Source: a virus
Lineage: Duplodnaviria; Caudoviricetes
Virus record (IMG/VR): IMGVR_UViG_3300020419_001132
Length of the DNA: 64,000 nucleotides
Strand: one strand, 5' to 3'
How positions within the stretch are numbered: position 1 is the first letter of the stretch; each line of letters begins with the position of its first letter. The position numbers and the translations under genes were made by a program. Of the stretch, positions 47,327 through 56,706 are shown piece after piece. A model generated the notes under the pieces. That model worked only from the letters and a program-made list of their open reading frames with translations. It was not told the DNA's origin and made no database searches.

Positions 47327-49838
47327 AGTTAAATTACCTTGTTACTATGCCCACGGAGGGTTGAATTATAAAAACGGATTTGCAACAGTATGTCCTATTA
47401 GCGGAGCTAGGTTAAAAGAAATAGATGAAGAACTTCCTAGTAAATTTTGGAATAATAATTATTTTACAGAATACAGAAAATCTTTAGATAGAGGCGTCTA
47501 TCCTCCTGATTGTAACCTATGTAAAACTAACGAAGAAAATAATATAAAAAGTATGAGACAGGATTACCCTGCAGATTTATCTAATTATGATCCAGCTACT
47601 GGAAAAGTAAACTTTGCAGGATTAAAACATGTAGAACTAAGATTTAGTAATGCTTGTAATATGGCTTGCTTACATTGTAGTGATGTTTATAGTAGCCAAT
47701 GGGGTAGCAGGTTAAAAGATTATGTACCAGATGAAATAGATAAGGAATATAACTTAGAACAATTACTTAAAACACAACACCGAGTATGGTGGCCGGAAAG
47801 AGATGCTAACTGGAAAGTAGGAAATAAAGATCCGGGACCTGCAAAGTTTTTTGATGTAAACATAAGTTTAAAGACAGCCCATGTACTAGAAATTGTAGAA
47901 GATTTAATTAAAAATTTTCCTAATATAGAAAAGATAGATTTTGCAGGCGGAGAAGTATTATATCAAAAACAATTTTTTCCATGTTTACATAAATTAGCTG
48001 AACACCCTAATGCTAAAAATATATTAATATTTTTCCATAGTAATTTTAATGCTGACTTTGATGTTCAAGATCTAAGTGATGCTTTGGAACCTTTTGGCAA
48101 AAGTCAAATTCAGATTAGTGTTGATGCAGGAACAAATATATATCCTTACTTTAGAGACGGCAGTTGGAAAAAGTTAAAAGAAAATTTAAAAAACTTTAAC
48201 CAAGTAAATAACTTTACTGAGATAAATGCAGTATGTACTACTAGTGCATACCAGATAATGGATATAGAAAATGTAATAGAATCTTTACTTGAATTAAACT
48301 TAAATGCTATAAATTGTAGTATTGTTTATACCCCAAGATACATAAATCCAGCTATAATGATGCGACATTTTTCTAAGGAAGTAATTGAAGATTTAGAATC
48401 TACTAGAGAAATAATTAGACATATTGAATCAGTAAGATATTTAGATGATCCGAAAAAACACAGATCGTGGAACGGACAGATATTTAGTGACATTAGATCT
48501 GCACTTCAGGGTATAGACAATATAGAAGAATATGTTACTAATTACAAACATACAGTAGAAAAAGACTGGGAAGGGTTTTTACACTACAGTAAAAAAATGG
48601 ACAAATTGTGGAAAAAAGATTTTAATAAACATTTTATAAAATACAAAAGAAAGGATGGTAAAATGAATAGAATAAACATAGTAAAAGCTCACGTACTTAC
48701 ATATGAGTCAATTCCCTACAAGGAATCAATAAAAGTTCCTGTCAGTAACAATCATGTAGACGCTATCCTTGAGAAACAGAAATTACTTAAAAATGTCCCC
48801 CAATTAAGAAAGCGATCCGACGAAGTTGATGTTTGGAAAGAAAAATTACAAAAATTAAACGATGAAAGAAATTATTCTGAACATGTTAAGGATTTAGGAC
48901 CTGAAGAAAAGAAAGCATTTGCAGATGCAAAAAATGATAGTGAGATGTATGAGATTATTAGAACACATCATCAAGATGAAATACGCAAACGTCTATTAGA
49001 TCGACAAAACCTAAGCAAAGTAAAACTTGTAACAGAAGAAATAAGAAAAATTATTTTTTTAAGAGAAGAAGAAAATATTAGAAACTTAATTAGGCGTGGA
49101 ATAAAAACATTTGATCAAGACGGAGTTGATATACCTTTGAATCCGTGTTGGAATAAAATAGCAATTATGCTAAGTGGTGGAGCAGATAGTGCTAGTCTTG
49201 CTTACATACTCTGTGCAGAAATTGAAAAAAATAAACATGAATGTACTGTAGATATTTTAAGTTCACATAGATGTTGGGAAACCAGACCATGGCAGGCAGA
49301 TATTAGCTTAAGAGTTTTTAACTGGCTAAAAGATAGATTTCCGAATATAATTGGAGAACGTTTTACAACCTTTGTTGCACCACAACTAGAACACGGTGTA
49401 TCTGGAGAGATGTTTGATGGCAGATCTGGAGAACAGGTTCTAATGTCAGAATTTAACAACTATATGGCTCATGCTAATGGATACAATGCTGTGTATAATG
49501 CAACAACTGCTAACCTACCAGGATATACTGGGCAAAGAATGCTTAATAGAGATGAAGGTGCTGAAAAGTTTGTAGGCATAGCAAAAGAAGGAGGTTGGTG
49601 GAATTTACAACCATATTCACATGTTCCAAAAGATTGGGTAATCAAGCAGTACAAAGATTTAAATATACTGGACTTCTTAAATTTAACACGAAGCTGTGAA
49701 GGAGATTCACAAAAAGAACGTACCCATTTTGGAATGGATGCTACGTGGTACAAGTGTACTGGAGAAATACCAGACGAGTGTGGTATTTGTTATTGGTGCA
49801 AAGAAAGAAAATGGGCTATGGAAAAGAATGAGCTTTGA
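47316..49838 (+). CDS. N-twitch radical SAM protein fused via a charged helical linker to a QueC-like PP-loop domain
   Basis: N-terminal CYY..VCP...CNLC; CNMACLHC..YSSQW; AGGE; C-terminal IAIMLSGGADS and TRSC...CGICYWCKER; ATG at 47316. Confidence 0.8.
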   Translation: MPSEVKLPCYYAHGGLNYKNGFATVCPISGARLKEIDEELPSKFWNNNYFTEYRKSLDRGVYPPDCNLCKTNEENNIKSMRQDYPADLSNYDPATGKVNFAGLKHVELRFSNACNMACLHCSDVYSSQWGSRLKDYVPDEIDKEYNLEQLLKTQHRVWWPERDANWKVGNKDPGPAKFFDVNISLKTAHVLEIVEDLIKNFPNIEKIDFAGGEVLYQKQFFPCLHKLAEHPNAKNILIFFHSNFNADFDVQDLSDALEPFGKSQIQISVDAGTNIYPYFRDGSWKKLKENLKNFNQVNNFTEINAVCTTSAYQIMDIENVIESLLELNLNAINCSIVYTPRYINPAIMMRHFSKEVIEDLESTREIIRHIESVRYLDDPKKHRSWNGQIFSDIRSALQGIDNIEEYVTNYKHTVEKDWEGFLHYSKKMDKLWKKDFNKHFIKYKRKDGKMNRINIVKAHVLTYESIPYKESIKVPVSNNHVDAILEKQKLLKNVPQLRKRSDEVDVWKEKLQKLNDERNYSEHVKDLGPEEKKAFADAKNDSEMYEIIRTHHQDEIRKRLLDRQNLSKVKLVTEEIRKIIFLREEENIRNLIRRGIKTFDQDGVDIPLNPCWNKIAIMLSGGADSASLAYILCAEIEKNKHECTVDILSSHRCWETRPWQADISLRVFNWLKDRFPNIIGERFTTFVAPQLEHGVSGEMFDGRSGEQVLMSEFNNYMAHANGYNAVYNATTANLPGYTGQRMLNRDEGAEKFVGIAKEGGWWNLQPYSHVPKDWVIKQYKDLNILDFLNLTRSCEGDSQKERTHFGMDATWYKCTGEIPDECGICYWCKERKWAMEKNEL

Positions 49839-51003
49839 TACAATTGACTTATTAACTGGAAAAGTATTTCAAGTAACCTGGGATACTGGTAGAAGATGTA
49901 ACTATGATTGTAGTTATTGTCCTGTACATCGACATGACAATTTTAGTAAACATGCAACATTAGATGAACTTAAAGCAAACACAGATTTTTTATTCGAGTA
50001 TATAGATACATACATGCAATACAGAGATTATAAGTATGCTAGTATCAGTTTTACAGGCGGAGAACCTACTGTAAACCCCAATTTTATTCCTTTTATACAA
50101 TACTTAAAAAATGAATACAATACAAGATATGCAAATAAATGGAATGCAAATTTTGCATTGACAAGTAATGGAGCCATGGGAGAAAAAATGGCTCAACGTG
50201 TAATGGAAAACATGAGACATATAACAGTAAGTTATCATGCAGAAAGCGATATTAAATTAAAGCAACAGGTTAGAGATAGAATATTACAGTTTCATACAGA
50301 CGGACCGGCTCACAAAATGACTTTAAGTATAAATGTAATGTTTCACGCAGAGCATTTTGATGAATGTAAAGACCTTTGTGAGTTTTTAGATGAGCATGGA
50401 GTAAAATATGTACCTAGAATAATAGGCGAGGAAGCGGGCAGTAGGAATAACTTTGCTCATCAATATACAGATCAACAACTAGATTACATAAAAAATTATT
50501 GGAAATATAAAAACGAAAAACTTAATAACACCAGAGAAGAAGCTAACATTTTAAGTGCCGCCGGAGAAAAAACTACAGAAAAGAAAAAATTAGGCTTTAC
50601 AGTAGGTAGACCATGTTGTGGTAGCAGAGAAATGTGTTTAAGTATGAAAGGCAAAAGTAGAAAAGCAACCTTTGTAGATATGCGTGAATTTAAAGGTTGG
50701 AATTGTAGCGTAAACTGGTTTTTCTTACATTTAGAACAACAAACAGATAGCATTTATCATCATCAAACATGCCAAGCTAGGTTTGATAAAACTAGAGGAC
50801 CTATTGGAAAATTAAGTGAAGGCAAAAAATTAATTGCAGAACTAAAAAGTAATTTAAAAAATAATACAATGCCGACTGTAGTATGTCCTAAGCATACCTG
50901 TGGATGTGGGTTGTGTGCGCCTAAATCAAAATATAAAGAAAATTATATGGAAGTAATGAAAAATCACATAGATACTTCTGTATTAGGAACCATAAGTGGA
51001 TAA
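49828..51003 (+). CDS. Radical SAM protein (type C, Cys-rich C-terminus)
   Basis: VTWDTGRRCNYDCSYC; TGGEPT; WNC...TC...CPKHTCGCG; likely start at ATG 49828 (the ORF-track start 49696 overlaps the previous gene extensively). Confidence 0.88.
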   Translation: MSFDTIDLLTGKVFQVTWDTGRRCNYDCSYCPVHRHDNFSKHATLDELKANTDFLFEYIDTYMQYRDYKYASISFTGGEPTVNPNFIPFIQYLKNEYNTRYANKWNANFALTSNGAMGEKMAQRVMENMRHITVSYHAESDIKLKQQVRDRILQFHTDGPAHKMTLSINVMFHAEHFDECKDLCEFLDEHGVKYVPRIIGEEAGSRNNFAHQYTDQQLDYIKNYWKYKNEKLNNTREEANILSAAGEKTTEKKKLGFTVGRPCCGSREMCLSMKGKSRKATFVDMREFKGWNCSVNWFFLHLEQQTDSIYHHQTCQARFDKTRGPIGKLSEGKKLIAELKSNLKNNTMPTVVCPKHTCGCGLCAPKSKYKENYMEVMKNHIDTSVLGTISG

Positions 51004-52087
51004 GAAATATGCATGTCCTCTACCGTTCAATCATATGGCGGTAAGACCTGATGGTCAAATTTTTCCATGCTGTATTTTTAGATGGGACGATGTTCCTGAA
51101 GATTTAAATATCTATCATAAAGACCCTTTTAACCATAATTACATGAAAAAACTTAGACAAGACATGTTAGAAGATAAACCTATTTCAGGTTGTTCGCATT
51201 GTTATGATAGGGAAAAAAGTAATGCTAGTAGTTTTAGATTAGAAGCATGGAACGAACAGGAAAAGTATGGTACGACAAGTTTGTCTACAGGACAAGAACC
51301 TCAATTACGGTATGTTGACCTAAGTATTAGTAACACTTGTAACAACAAGTGTAGAATGTGTGTTCCTGCTTTAAGCACTCATTGGTATAGTGATGCAAAA
51401 AAATTAGGACTACAAATTCCAAAAGGAATAGTAAGAAATCCTTTTATAGAAAACACAGATTTTTCAACATTAAGTTATATAAAATTATTAGGCGGAGAGC
51501 CTTTAATGGAGCAAAATGTATTAATAAAGATTTTAAAACAATGTGATTTAGAAAATCTAACAGTACATTTAATTACAAATGCAACTTTAAGACCTAACGA
51601 AGAATTGCTTAATTTATTTGAAAAATGTAAACAAGTAAAGGTTACATTAAGCATAGATGCATATGGAGATTTAAATGACTTTTTACGTAAAGGAAGTTAC
51701 TGGAAAACTACATTTAAAAATCTGCTGTGGTTTTTAGATATGTTTCCAAAGTCCTCTGTTCATAGTGTTCTAAGCATTTACAATATAAACAAAGCAAAAG
51801 AATTTGTTTATTTTTGCAATGAATTAAAAAAAGGCTGTCAAAAGTATTTTCTTATAGATGGACCCGATTATATGATGCCAAGACATTTACCAGAACAAGT
51901 TAAACCAAAAATACTAGAAAGTTTACAAGGTATAGAAAGTTTTGAAGTATATGAAAAAGAATTACATAAAACGGGAGATTTTAATATATTTGTTAAACAA
52001 GACAAAGTAATGAATAATTTGCGTAATGAACATTGGAAAAATGCAAATCCGGACTTGCATAATCTTGTAAAAGAGTATATAATATAA
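50996..52087 (+). CDS. Radical SAM protein with N-terminal twitch domain (type B)
   Basis: CPLPFNHMAVRPDGQIFPCC...CSHC; CNNKCRMC..LSTHW; GGEP. Confidence 0.9.
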   Translation: MDKKYACPLPFNHMAVRPDGQIFPCCIFRWDDVPEDLNIYHKDPFNHNYMKKLRQDMLEDKPISGCSHCYDREKSNASSFRLEAWNEQEKYGTTSLSTGQEPQLRYVDLSISNTCNNKCRMCVPALSTHWYSDAKKLGLQIPKGIVRNPFIENTDFSTLSYIKLLGGEPLMEQNVLIKILKQCDLENLTVHLITNATLRPNEELLNLFEKCKQVKVTLSIDAYGDLNDFLRKGSYWKTTFKNLLWFLDMFPKSSVHSVLSIYNINKAKEFVYFCNELKKGCQKYFLIDGPDYMMPRHLPEQVKPKILESLQGIESFEVYEKELHKTGDFNIFVKQDKVMNNLRNEHWKNANPDLHNLVKEYII

Positions 52088-52090
52088 GTA
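52083..52090 (+). promoter_or_regulatory. Late-promoter-like TATAAGTA abutting a start codon
   Basis: One mismatch from TATAAATA; overlaps the stop at 52087 and the ATG at 52090. Confidence 0.3.
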
Positions 52091-53202
52091 TGACCGAAGA
52101 TTTAAAATGGAGTAATTATGACTTTTCTAAAATACCATTTGACGACATTGTTAAGGTCGGCCAAAGGACGCTTCTATACAGAGATCTGTTTACTGTTAGT
52201 TGGCTTCTTGGTCGCTTTTGCAACTATCGTTGCAGTTATTGTTGGCCATACGCCAGATCAGATAAAAAAGATCACAGGCCCACACAGCTCGCTTATCATA
52301 CAATCGATGAGATAAAGAGGCAAGCACGTGACAACAATTTTAATTCTTTTCATTTTAGTCTTTCTGGTGGCGAGCCTACGTTTCACCCAGGATACCTTGA
52401 CATCCTTAAATATTTGGCTGATGATGTCGACAATACTAATTATACTAGTATACACATGACAAGTAATTGTTCGAGACCAATGAAGTGGTTTCGTACGTAT
52501 GTAGATTATGCAAAGCCGTTTCATCGTGCCAGCATAACTGCAAGCCTACATGTTGAACATGTAAATACAAAAGATAAGATGCAAGACTTTGCAGACAAGT
52601 TAAATTTATGTCAGGAGTACGATGTTCAAGTTACAATTAATCAGGTTATGGTTCCAGAACATTTTGAAAGAGATTGGGAAAATGCTCTTTTCTTTCACGA
52701 ACAAGGAATCAACGTTACCCTTAAACCTCAGTCGGATCCGACTGCGTCCAGAGTGGTTGATGGATACAAAGACGAAGATCTCAAAAGACTCTACAACGGA
52801 ATGCCGCAAAGAGCCTTCACCGAAACGAAACGTATTTGGAATAACCGTCCACGACCACAGTTTCAAGTTCCCGCAGGAATAACAGGAAAAAATGATGCTA
52901 GTGTGCCTTGGCATATGCAGGTTGAATTAGAAGATAGCAAAGGTAAAAAATGGTATATGGACCAAGCAGAACGGTTTAATGCCTTTAATTTTAACAATTT
53001 TGAAGGATGGGCATGTAACGCCGGTTACAGCGGAATAATAATACGGGAGCCTGACGGTTCGGTAAAAAGGAGTTATTCGTGCCATGATGTGCCCCTTGGT
53101 AACATCGAAACAGGTTTCGAGCTATTTAAGGCACCTAAACCTTGTATTACAAAAAGTTGCGTAAGTTCCGCCGATTCTAAAATACCAAAAAACAAGTACT
53201 AA
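52090..53202 (+). CDS. Radical SAM protein (type C)
   Basis: VSWLLGRFCNYRCSYC; SGGEPT; WACNAG...SYSC...CITKSC. Confidence 0.9.
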   Translation: MTEDLKWSNYDFSKIPFDDIVKVGQRTLLYRDLFTVSWLLGRFCNYRCSYCWPYARSDKKDHRPTQLAYHTIDEIKRQARDNNFNSFHFSLSGGEPTFHPGYLDILKYLADDVDNTNYTSIHMTSNCSRPMKWFRTYVDYAKPFHRASITASLHVEHVNTKDKMQDFADKLNLCQEYDVQVTINQVMVPEHFERDWENALFFHEQGINVTLKPQSDPTASRVVDGYKDEDLKRLYNGMPQRAFTETKRIWNNRPRPQFQVPAGITGKNDASVPWHMQVELEDSKGKKWYMDQAERFNAFNFNNFEGWACNAGYSGIIIREPDGSVKRSYSCHDVPLGNIETGFELFKAPKPCITKSCVSSADSKIPKNKY

Positions 53203-53206
53203 CAAG

Positions 53207-53213
53207 TTAAATA
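53207..53213 (+). promoter_or_regulatory. Late-promoter-like TTAAATA
   Basis: Intergenic, 5 nt before the ATG at 53219; same variant as 5963. Confidence 0.3.
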
Positions 53214-53218
53214 TTAAT

Positions 53219-53977
53219 ATGAGTCTAGTATGTGAAGAAATATTATCCTTAAGCACAGCAGTACGTACAAACGTGTTAGAAGATGTTAACCGTGCTGTAG
53301 AGGGCTTAAAATGCGATTTAGACGGTGTTTTAAAGTACTCTACTAATATAGTTGAGTGGTTAAAACCGGTTGTAGATCTGTCTAATTTCCATGTATATCC
53401 TATGAATGGAATAACGCAAGGACTAGATTGGTGGTACGATAAAGAGTCTAGATGCGTGGTTATGAAGCCAGGAGATTACCAATGGATATCTCCAAAAGGT
53501 GGATATGGAAGGGTATGTTACATCAGTGTACCGAGTGCTATTGATGGTAACTTTGTTGATATTCCAAAAGACAATCCTACAGTGGTTGACTTAGCTTATG
53601 TTGGAAGTACAAAAGTTAAAAAAATAAATATTCCAGAAAATACACAATTTGCATTTTATAGTTTTAGTAAACCGTTTGGCATTAGGAATGTAAGAACAGG
53701 ATGGATTTTTACAAAGAAACCCGATCTTAGATTAGAAGCACTTACCCATAGTGCAAAGTACTACAATTATCATGCTCATAATATTGCAGAAACTATAATT
53801 AATAATTTTGATATTGATTATGTTTGGAACCAATTAAAAGAAAAACAAAAAGTCGTATGTGAAAAATATAGCTTTACACCAAGTGATAGTGTTTGGTTAG
53901 CATCTACACAAGATCCAGCTTACGATAAATTTAAAAGAGGGGAACGTGCCAGGTTATGTCTCGCACCGTGTTATTAG
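53219..53977 (+). CDS. Compact PLP-dependent aminotransferase/decarboxylase-like protein (fold type I)
   Basis: 252 aa; NGITQG, VDLAY (DxAY), SFSKPFGIRNVRTGW (PLP-lysine motif of class I/II). Confidence 0.7.
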   Translation: MSLVCEEILSLSTAVRTNVLEDVNRAVEGLKCDLDGVLKYSTNIVEWLKPVVDLSNFHVYPMNGITQGLDWWYDKESRCVVMKPGDYQWISPKGGYGRVCYISVPSAIDGNFVDIPKDNPTVVDLAYVGSTKVKKINIPENTQFAFYSFSKPFGIRNVRTGWIFTKKPDLRLEALTHSAKYYNYHAHNIAETIINNFDIDYVWNQLKEKQKVVCEKYSFTPSDSVWLASTQDPAYDKFKRGERARLCLAPCY

Positions 53978-55476
53978 GAACTATCTCAAGTGTATATCAC
54001 GACTGGGTACCATACCCGGTTGGTTGCCTAATCTCTCACTGTCTAAAAAATCCTAAAATAAAAAAAGAATACAAATTTCTTGAACCTTTATATAAGAATA
54101 AATGGGATAATCAAGAAACCCACGATAAATTAAAACAAGCAGATATATTAGGTTTAACCTGTTATGTTTGGAATCAAAATGCAAATGATGAAATAGCTCA
54201 AATATTTAAACAGTACAATCCTGCAGGTATTGTTGTGTACGGAGGACCTAACGTACCAGAAGAAAATTTACAAGAATTTAAACGTAACTATGTAGATCAT
54301 TACATGACAGGCCCTGGAGAATTACAATGGGAAAAATTATTAGATCCTGCTAGTGATAGCGAATATGCAATACCAACTCCTTACACTGACGGAATATTTG
54401 ATAATATTTTAAAACACGAAGATGATATTGCTGTTGCATTTGAAACAAACAGAGGATGTCCATATCACTGTGCATTTTGTGATTGGGGAGGAGTCAGTCG
54501 TAGTAAAATTACAAAACTTAAAGATGCCGCAGTAAAAGAAACTATAGAACACGTATTAAGTTTTGACAAAGTAAAACGTTTAGAAATACTAGATGCAAAC
54601 TATGGTATATTTCCAAGAGATGTGGATTTTGTACAGCATATAGTCGATAATAAAAAACGTGATGATATGTTATTAACCTTTGCAGGATTTGCTAAAAATG
54701 GATCGCCATACCTTCCTGATATAATGAATTTAACAATGGATAATTTTAACGACAAGTTAAGGAATGTAAAAATAAGTTTGCAGACATTAACGCCTGATGT
54801 GTTAGATACAATACAAAGAAAAAATATTTCTACAGATAAATTACTCCGTATCATGGATCAGTTGAGAGATATAAAAGTAAATTCAGAACTTATAATAGGC
54901 TTGCCTGGAGAAACAGCAAGTAGTTGGGCTGATACTTTGTTCAAACATCCTGAGTTAGGAATAGATTTTGCTAGAGCATACCCGTTATACGTATTGCCTA
55001 ATACGCCTATGGCTACACAAGATTATAGAACTAAACACAAAATAAAAACTAAAAAAATTAATTTGCCTAATAAAGAAACGTTTGAAATGATATATGAGTG
55101 TAGTAGTTATGATTTAGATGAAATTACACAAATATATTTAAACTGGTGGTACTTTAACACTTTTTATAATTTTGGTATAGATAAAACTATTACAAAAGAT
55201 ACTATGAATGACTTTTTTGCAAATTTAAAAGATACGCCTTTTATGAGTTGTTGTGTAGAAGAAGTAAGAAATATATTACACAGAATATTCAAACCAGAGG
55301 ACGAAATGTTGTTAGAAGGATATGATTATAACTTTTTACATAAACAGCTAGGCAGAGGAAAAGAATTGTTATACATGAAGAAACACAACAAGACAGTACA
55401 ACAAGAACTAGGAATAAAGTTTGACATAAAAAATGATGATAAAGAACTAGGGAGCGCCTTTGCGTATATAAAATGA
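53956..55476 (+). CDS. Cobalamin-binding-domain radical SAM protein (class B methylase-like)
   Basis: 506 aa; N-terminal DILGLTCYVWN and VVYGGP; ETNRGCPYHCAFCDW; DANYG; ELIIGLPGET; YPLYVLPNTPM. Confidence 0.85.
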   Translation: MSRTVLLGTISSVYHDWVPYPVGCLISHCLKNPKIKKEYKFLEPLYKNKWDNQETHDKLKQADILGLTCYVWNQNANDEIAQIFKQYNPAGIVVYGGPNVPEENLQEFKRNYVDHYMTGPGELQWEKLLDPASDSEYAIPTPYTDGIFDNILKHEDDIAVAFETNRGCPYHCAFCDWGGVSRSKITKLKDAAVKETIEHVLSFDKVKRLEILDANYGIFPRDVDFVQHIVDNKKRDDMLLTFAGFAKNGSPYLPDIMNLTMDNFNDKLRNVKISLQTLTPDVLDTIQRKNISTDKLLRIMDQLRDIKVNSELIIGLPGETASSWADTLFKHPELGIDFARAYPLYVLPNTPMATQDYRTKHKIKTKKINLPNKETFEMIYECSSYDLDEITQIYLNWWYFNTFYNFGIDKTITKDTMNDFFANLKDTPFMSCCVEEVRNILHRIFKPEDEMLLEGYDYNFLHKQLGRGKELLYMKKHNKTVQQELGIKFDIKNDDKELGSAFAYIK

Positions 55477-56138
55477 AAGACGTAATTTTTACACCATTAG
55501 CAATTCCACCAATACCAGAAAAACAAAAAGTATTAGATAGATTTAATGCTCCAGATTTTTATGTTTGGTGGGACGAAGAAACACTATTAGGAGAAAAAGA
55601 AAATAACAATCCATTAGGACATCCTCAACAATGGACAGATAATGCAAGAAATAACTATCCAGAACTTATAGATTGGGTTGAAACTTACATTCCTTGCGAC
55701 GAATGGTATTACATACGTATAGCAAGAGCTAAGGAAGAGATACCTCCACACGTAGATGGCAACTCTGTAAATCCTACACATAAGCACCATCTTGCAATAC
55801 TTCCAGAAGCACTAGAATATAATATGAAACACGAGCCAATAGGATATAGATTTGTTATAGCAGGTAGCAAAGACAAAATGTACATGTGTAAAGAACATGA
55901 TTACTCTAAAGATATGACATGGCAGGAAAAACATATGTGTATTGTCCCTGAAGATACAGATGCATTTGTTATTAGAAACCAAGACCAAGCACATGGTGTT
56001 GAAGCTGATACAGATGATCGATTAATAGGTTTTATACTAGGAAAAGTAAATGCCAAAAAACATTGGGACCTAATAGAAAAGAGTGTAAGTACATACAGCG
56101 ATAAAGTGATAAGGAAACAAGATGTATTCAATGCATGA
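55473..56138 (+). CDS. Fe(II)/2OG-oxygenase/cupin-like protein
   Basis: IRIARAKEEIPPHVD (HxD)...QAHGVE...RLIGF. Confidence 0.55.
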   Translation: MKDVIFTPLAIPPIPEKQKVLDRFNAPDFYVWWDEETLLGEKENNNPLGHPQQWTDNARNNYPELIDWVETYIPCDEWYYIRIARAKEEIPPHVDGNSVNPTHKHHLAILPEALEYNMKHEPIGYRFVIAGSKDKMYMCKEHDYSKDMTWQEKHMCIVPEDTDAFVIRNQDQAHGVEADTDDRLIGFILGKVNAKKHWDLIEKSVSTYSDKVIRKQDVFNA

Positions 56139-56706
56139 TGGTATGGACACAAGCATACATTTAGAAGTAGCTGAAAGGCTTAATCCTAGCACCTGTGTAG
56201 AAGTAGGCACTTATTACGGAGGTATAACTTACAAACTATGTAAAGCATTACCCCATTGTCATTTTTTTGCAGTCCAGGCATACCACGATCATAAACTTAA
56301 TCACATGCCGGATACAATAAGAGGAGAATACAGCCAAGGAGTAGCTGATAAGACAAAAAGCATTAATCTAGATCCTAGCTTGAAAAACCAAGATTGGAAA
56401 AGAGCAGTAGCACAAAATTTTCCTCCTGAATATCATGATTATTTTGATTTTAATTTATTAGTAAAAACATTCCAAGATTGTAACAATGTAAGCATAATAT
56501 TAGATACAAGTCCATTTAAATGGCAGTTTCCTGAAGTAGATTTAACTATTTTTGATTTATCTCCATTACTAGAAGAGAATATAAAACAGTATGAATTTTG
56601 GAAAAATAAAAGTAAAAATATTTTAGTAGGAGCATATAATCATCAACAAGAGTTTATTGATTATGCAGGCGGAGCAAAAATGAGAAAGGATTATGTATTG
56701 GTATGA
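56122..56706 (+). CDS. Class I SAM-dependent methyltransferase-like protein
   Basis: VEVGTYYGG motif I; AAGGA SD 6 nt upstream. Confidence 0.6.
   Translation: MYSMHDGMDTSIHLEVAERLNPSTCVEVGTYYGGITYKLCKALPHCHFFAVQAYHDHKLNHMPDTIRGEYSQGVADKTKSINLDPSLKNQDWKRAVAQNFPPEYHDYFDFNLLVKTFQDCNNVSIILDTSPFKWQFPEVDLTIFDLSPLLEENIKQYEFWKNKSKNILVGAYNHQQEFIDYAGGAKMRKDYVLV

Noticed and set aside
49696-49827. N-terminal extension of the type-C rSAM in the ORF track
   Set aside because: Overlaps the previous gene's conserved Zn motif by over 130 nt; ATG 49828 fits the usual short overlap. Similar over-extensions were trimmed at 61372, 62645 and 63375.
49110-49838. Complete 7-deazaguanine (preQ0) DNA-modification pathway
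   Set aside because: Only a QueC-like domain is present; no FolE, QueD, canonical QueE or DpdA was recognised in the window.
43964-55476. Cobamide-remodelling module (BluB-like nitroreductase + CobD-like PLP enzyme + B12 protein)
   Set aside because: Fold-level similarity only; no CobT/CobS/CobU/CbiB genes, and the genes are not adjacent as a unit.
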